A DNA stretch of 64,000 nucleotides, from positions 369,214 to 433,213 of the forward strand of contig JAULTC010000001.1 of NCBI GenBank assembly GCA_038801705.1, written 5' to 3'. Both the position numbers and the translations under genes were made by a program. The notes under the pieces are model-generated. The model was not told the DNA's origin, did no database searches, and saw only the letters and a list, made by a program, of their open reading frames with translations. Positions within the stretch are counted from its first letter, which is position 1, and every line of letters starts with the position of its first letter. This DNA comes from Candidatus Methanosuratincola mesotaenarum. Its GTDB lineage: Archaea; Thermoproteota; Methanomethylicia; Methanomethylicales; Methanomethylicaceae. Below, piece after piece: positions 62,934 through 64,000 of this stretch.

Positions 62934-64000
62934 TCAAAGGTAAGCATCGGTCACGTATCTGTGCATCATCCTGTGGCTGTTGAAGTAAGAAGCCAAAATG
63001 CTGATAGTGTTCTGCATCATCATCGCCCAAGAGTCCACTCGGTCATAATAGGTAGGGGAGATTACGTAGTTTAGCTTGTTGTACAGGTCCTCTATTTCCT
63101 GCGGCTTCCTCTCCTCGGGGGTGATGTTCTCGTGCGGGTGCGGCCCTATCGACCACCCCGTGATGCCTTCTATCCACCCTTCAACCCACCATCCGTCCAG
63201 GACGCTGAAGTTCAGGACCCCATTGTGGGCGGCCTTCATACCGCTCGTCCCCGAGGCCTCCATCGGTGGCAGAGGCGTGTTCAGCCAGACATCCACTCCT
63301 GATACCACTAGCTTAGATAGTGCCAGGTCGTAGTTCTCGAGGTATACCATCTTTATGTCGTCCTTCAAGCCATTTATGAGCTGGAATATCCGCCTGATAA
63401 TCATCTTCCCAGTCTCGTCCTTTGGGTGGGACTTGCCTGCGAAGATGATCTGAAGACCCCAGCGGCGTGCGATCTTGCGGAGGCGTTCCACATCAGAGAA
63501 GATAAAGTCCAGCCGCTTATACCCAGTTGCCCGCCTTGCTAATCCAACCGTGAGCACTCGCGGGTCCATCACCACACCGGTCATTGTCTTCACGCATGTA
63601 AGAAGATCCTCCTTCGCCTCCCTGTGTGCCTCGAGTATCTGCTCGTCAGGGATTATCCCTACCCTTGTCAGGAGGCTCGGCTCATCAGCCCAGCCAGGGA
63701 GGTACTTGTCGTATAGCCTCCGGAAGTGGGCGCAGGTCCAAGTGTAGGAGTGGACGCCGTTTGTTATGGCATGGACCTTGTATCCCGGGAAGAGGCTCTT
63801 TGAGTACTCCCCGTACCTCTTGGAGACGCCGTTGATATAGTCGCTTAGGTTCAAGGCCAAGAGCGTCATATTCAGCCTGTCCACTCCTCCATACTGCCTT
63901 ACGGTTTCACTCGGAACCAGGTCGCCTAGAATCCTATTGACCATTGGGTAGTCGAACTTGTCAAAAGCTGCCTCCACAGGGGTGTGGGTGGTGAAGATAC
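62934..64000 (-). CDS. Alpha-glucan phosphorylase (5' part beyond window)
   Basis: FTTHTP, NGVH, ARR.T.YKR, AGK.HP.D, DVWLNTP..P.EASGTSGMKAAHNG. Confidence 0.95.
   Translation of the reverse strand, partial: IFTTHTPVEAAFDKFDYPMVNRILGDLVPSETVRQYGGVDRLNMTLLALNLSDYINGVSKRYGEYSKSLFPGYKVHAITNGVHSYTWTCAHFRRLYDKYLPGWADEPSLLTRVGIIPDEQILEAHREAKEDLLTCVKTMTGVVMDPRVLTVGLARRATGYKRLDFIFSDVERLRKIARRWGLQIIFAGKSHPKDETGKMIIRRIFQLINGLKDDIKMVYLENYDLALSKLVVSGVDVWLNTPLPPMEASGTSGMKAAHNGVLNFSVLDGWWVEGWIEGITGWSIGPHPHENITPEERKPQEIEDLYNKLNYVISPTYYDRVDSWAMMMQNTISILASYFNSHRMMHRYVTDAYL

Overview
Archaeal chromosomal window. It is probably from a TACK-type methanogen relative such as Methanomethylicia/Verstraetearchaeota; this is inferred from eS25, TFB, thermosome, Topo VI, SepCysS, Tes and form III RuBisCO and is not verified. 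Most of it is housekeeping: Feo iron uptake, aIF-1, TFB, TrpRS, Topo VI A/B, a single-operon AMP/pentose-bisphosphate pathway, two purP paralogs, thermosome, RpoK, LarB/LarC, eS25, tetraether synthase, inositol-1-P synthase and a partial glucan phosphorylase. There are two tRNA genes, Gln-CTG and Cys-GCA, the latter heading a tRNA-Cys / mini-SepCysE / SepCysS unit. A decayed ~7 kb element after tRNA-Gln carries a broken terminase and toxin-antitoxin modules, and there are two IS200/IS605 scars elsewhere. Four observations stand out. (1) Two independent lesions in the decayed element, each an exact 37-39 bp duplication of coding sequence around a unique 33-36 bp insert (period 72-73), match the geometry of CRISPR spacer integration at off-target sites. 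(2) A ~260 nt structured intergenic RNA candidate has its own promoter-like and terminator-like signals and matches neither RNase P nor SRP. (3) A membrane-anchored LAGLIDADG-like protein is catalytically degenerate. (4) A Cas2/PaaX-like domain is fused to DUF2117. All product calls come from motif recognition by eye, not database searches.
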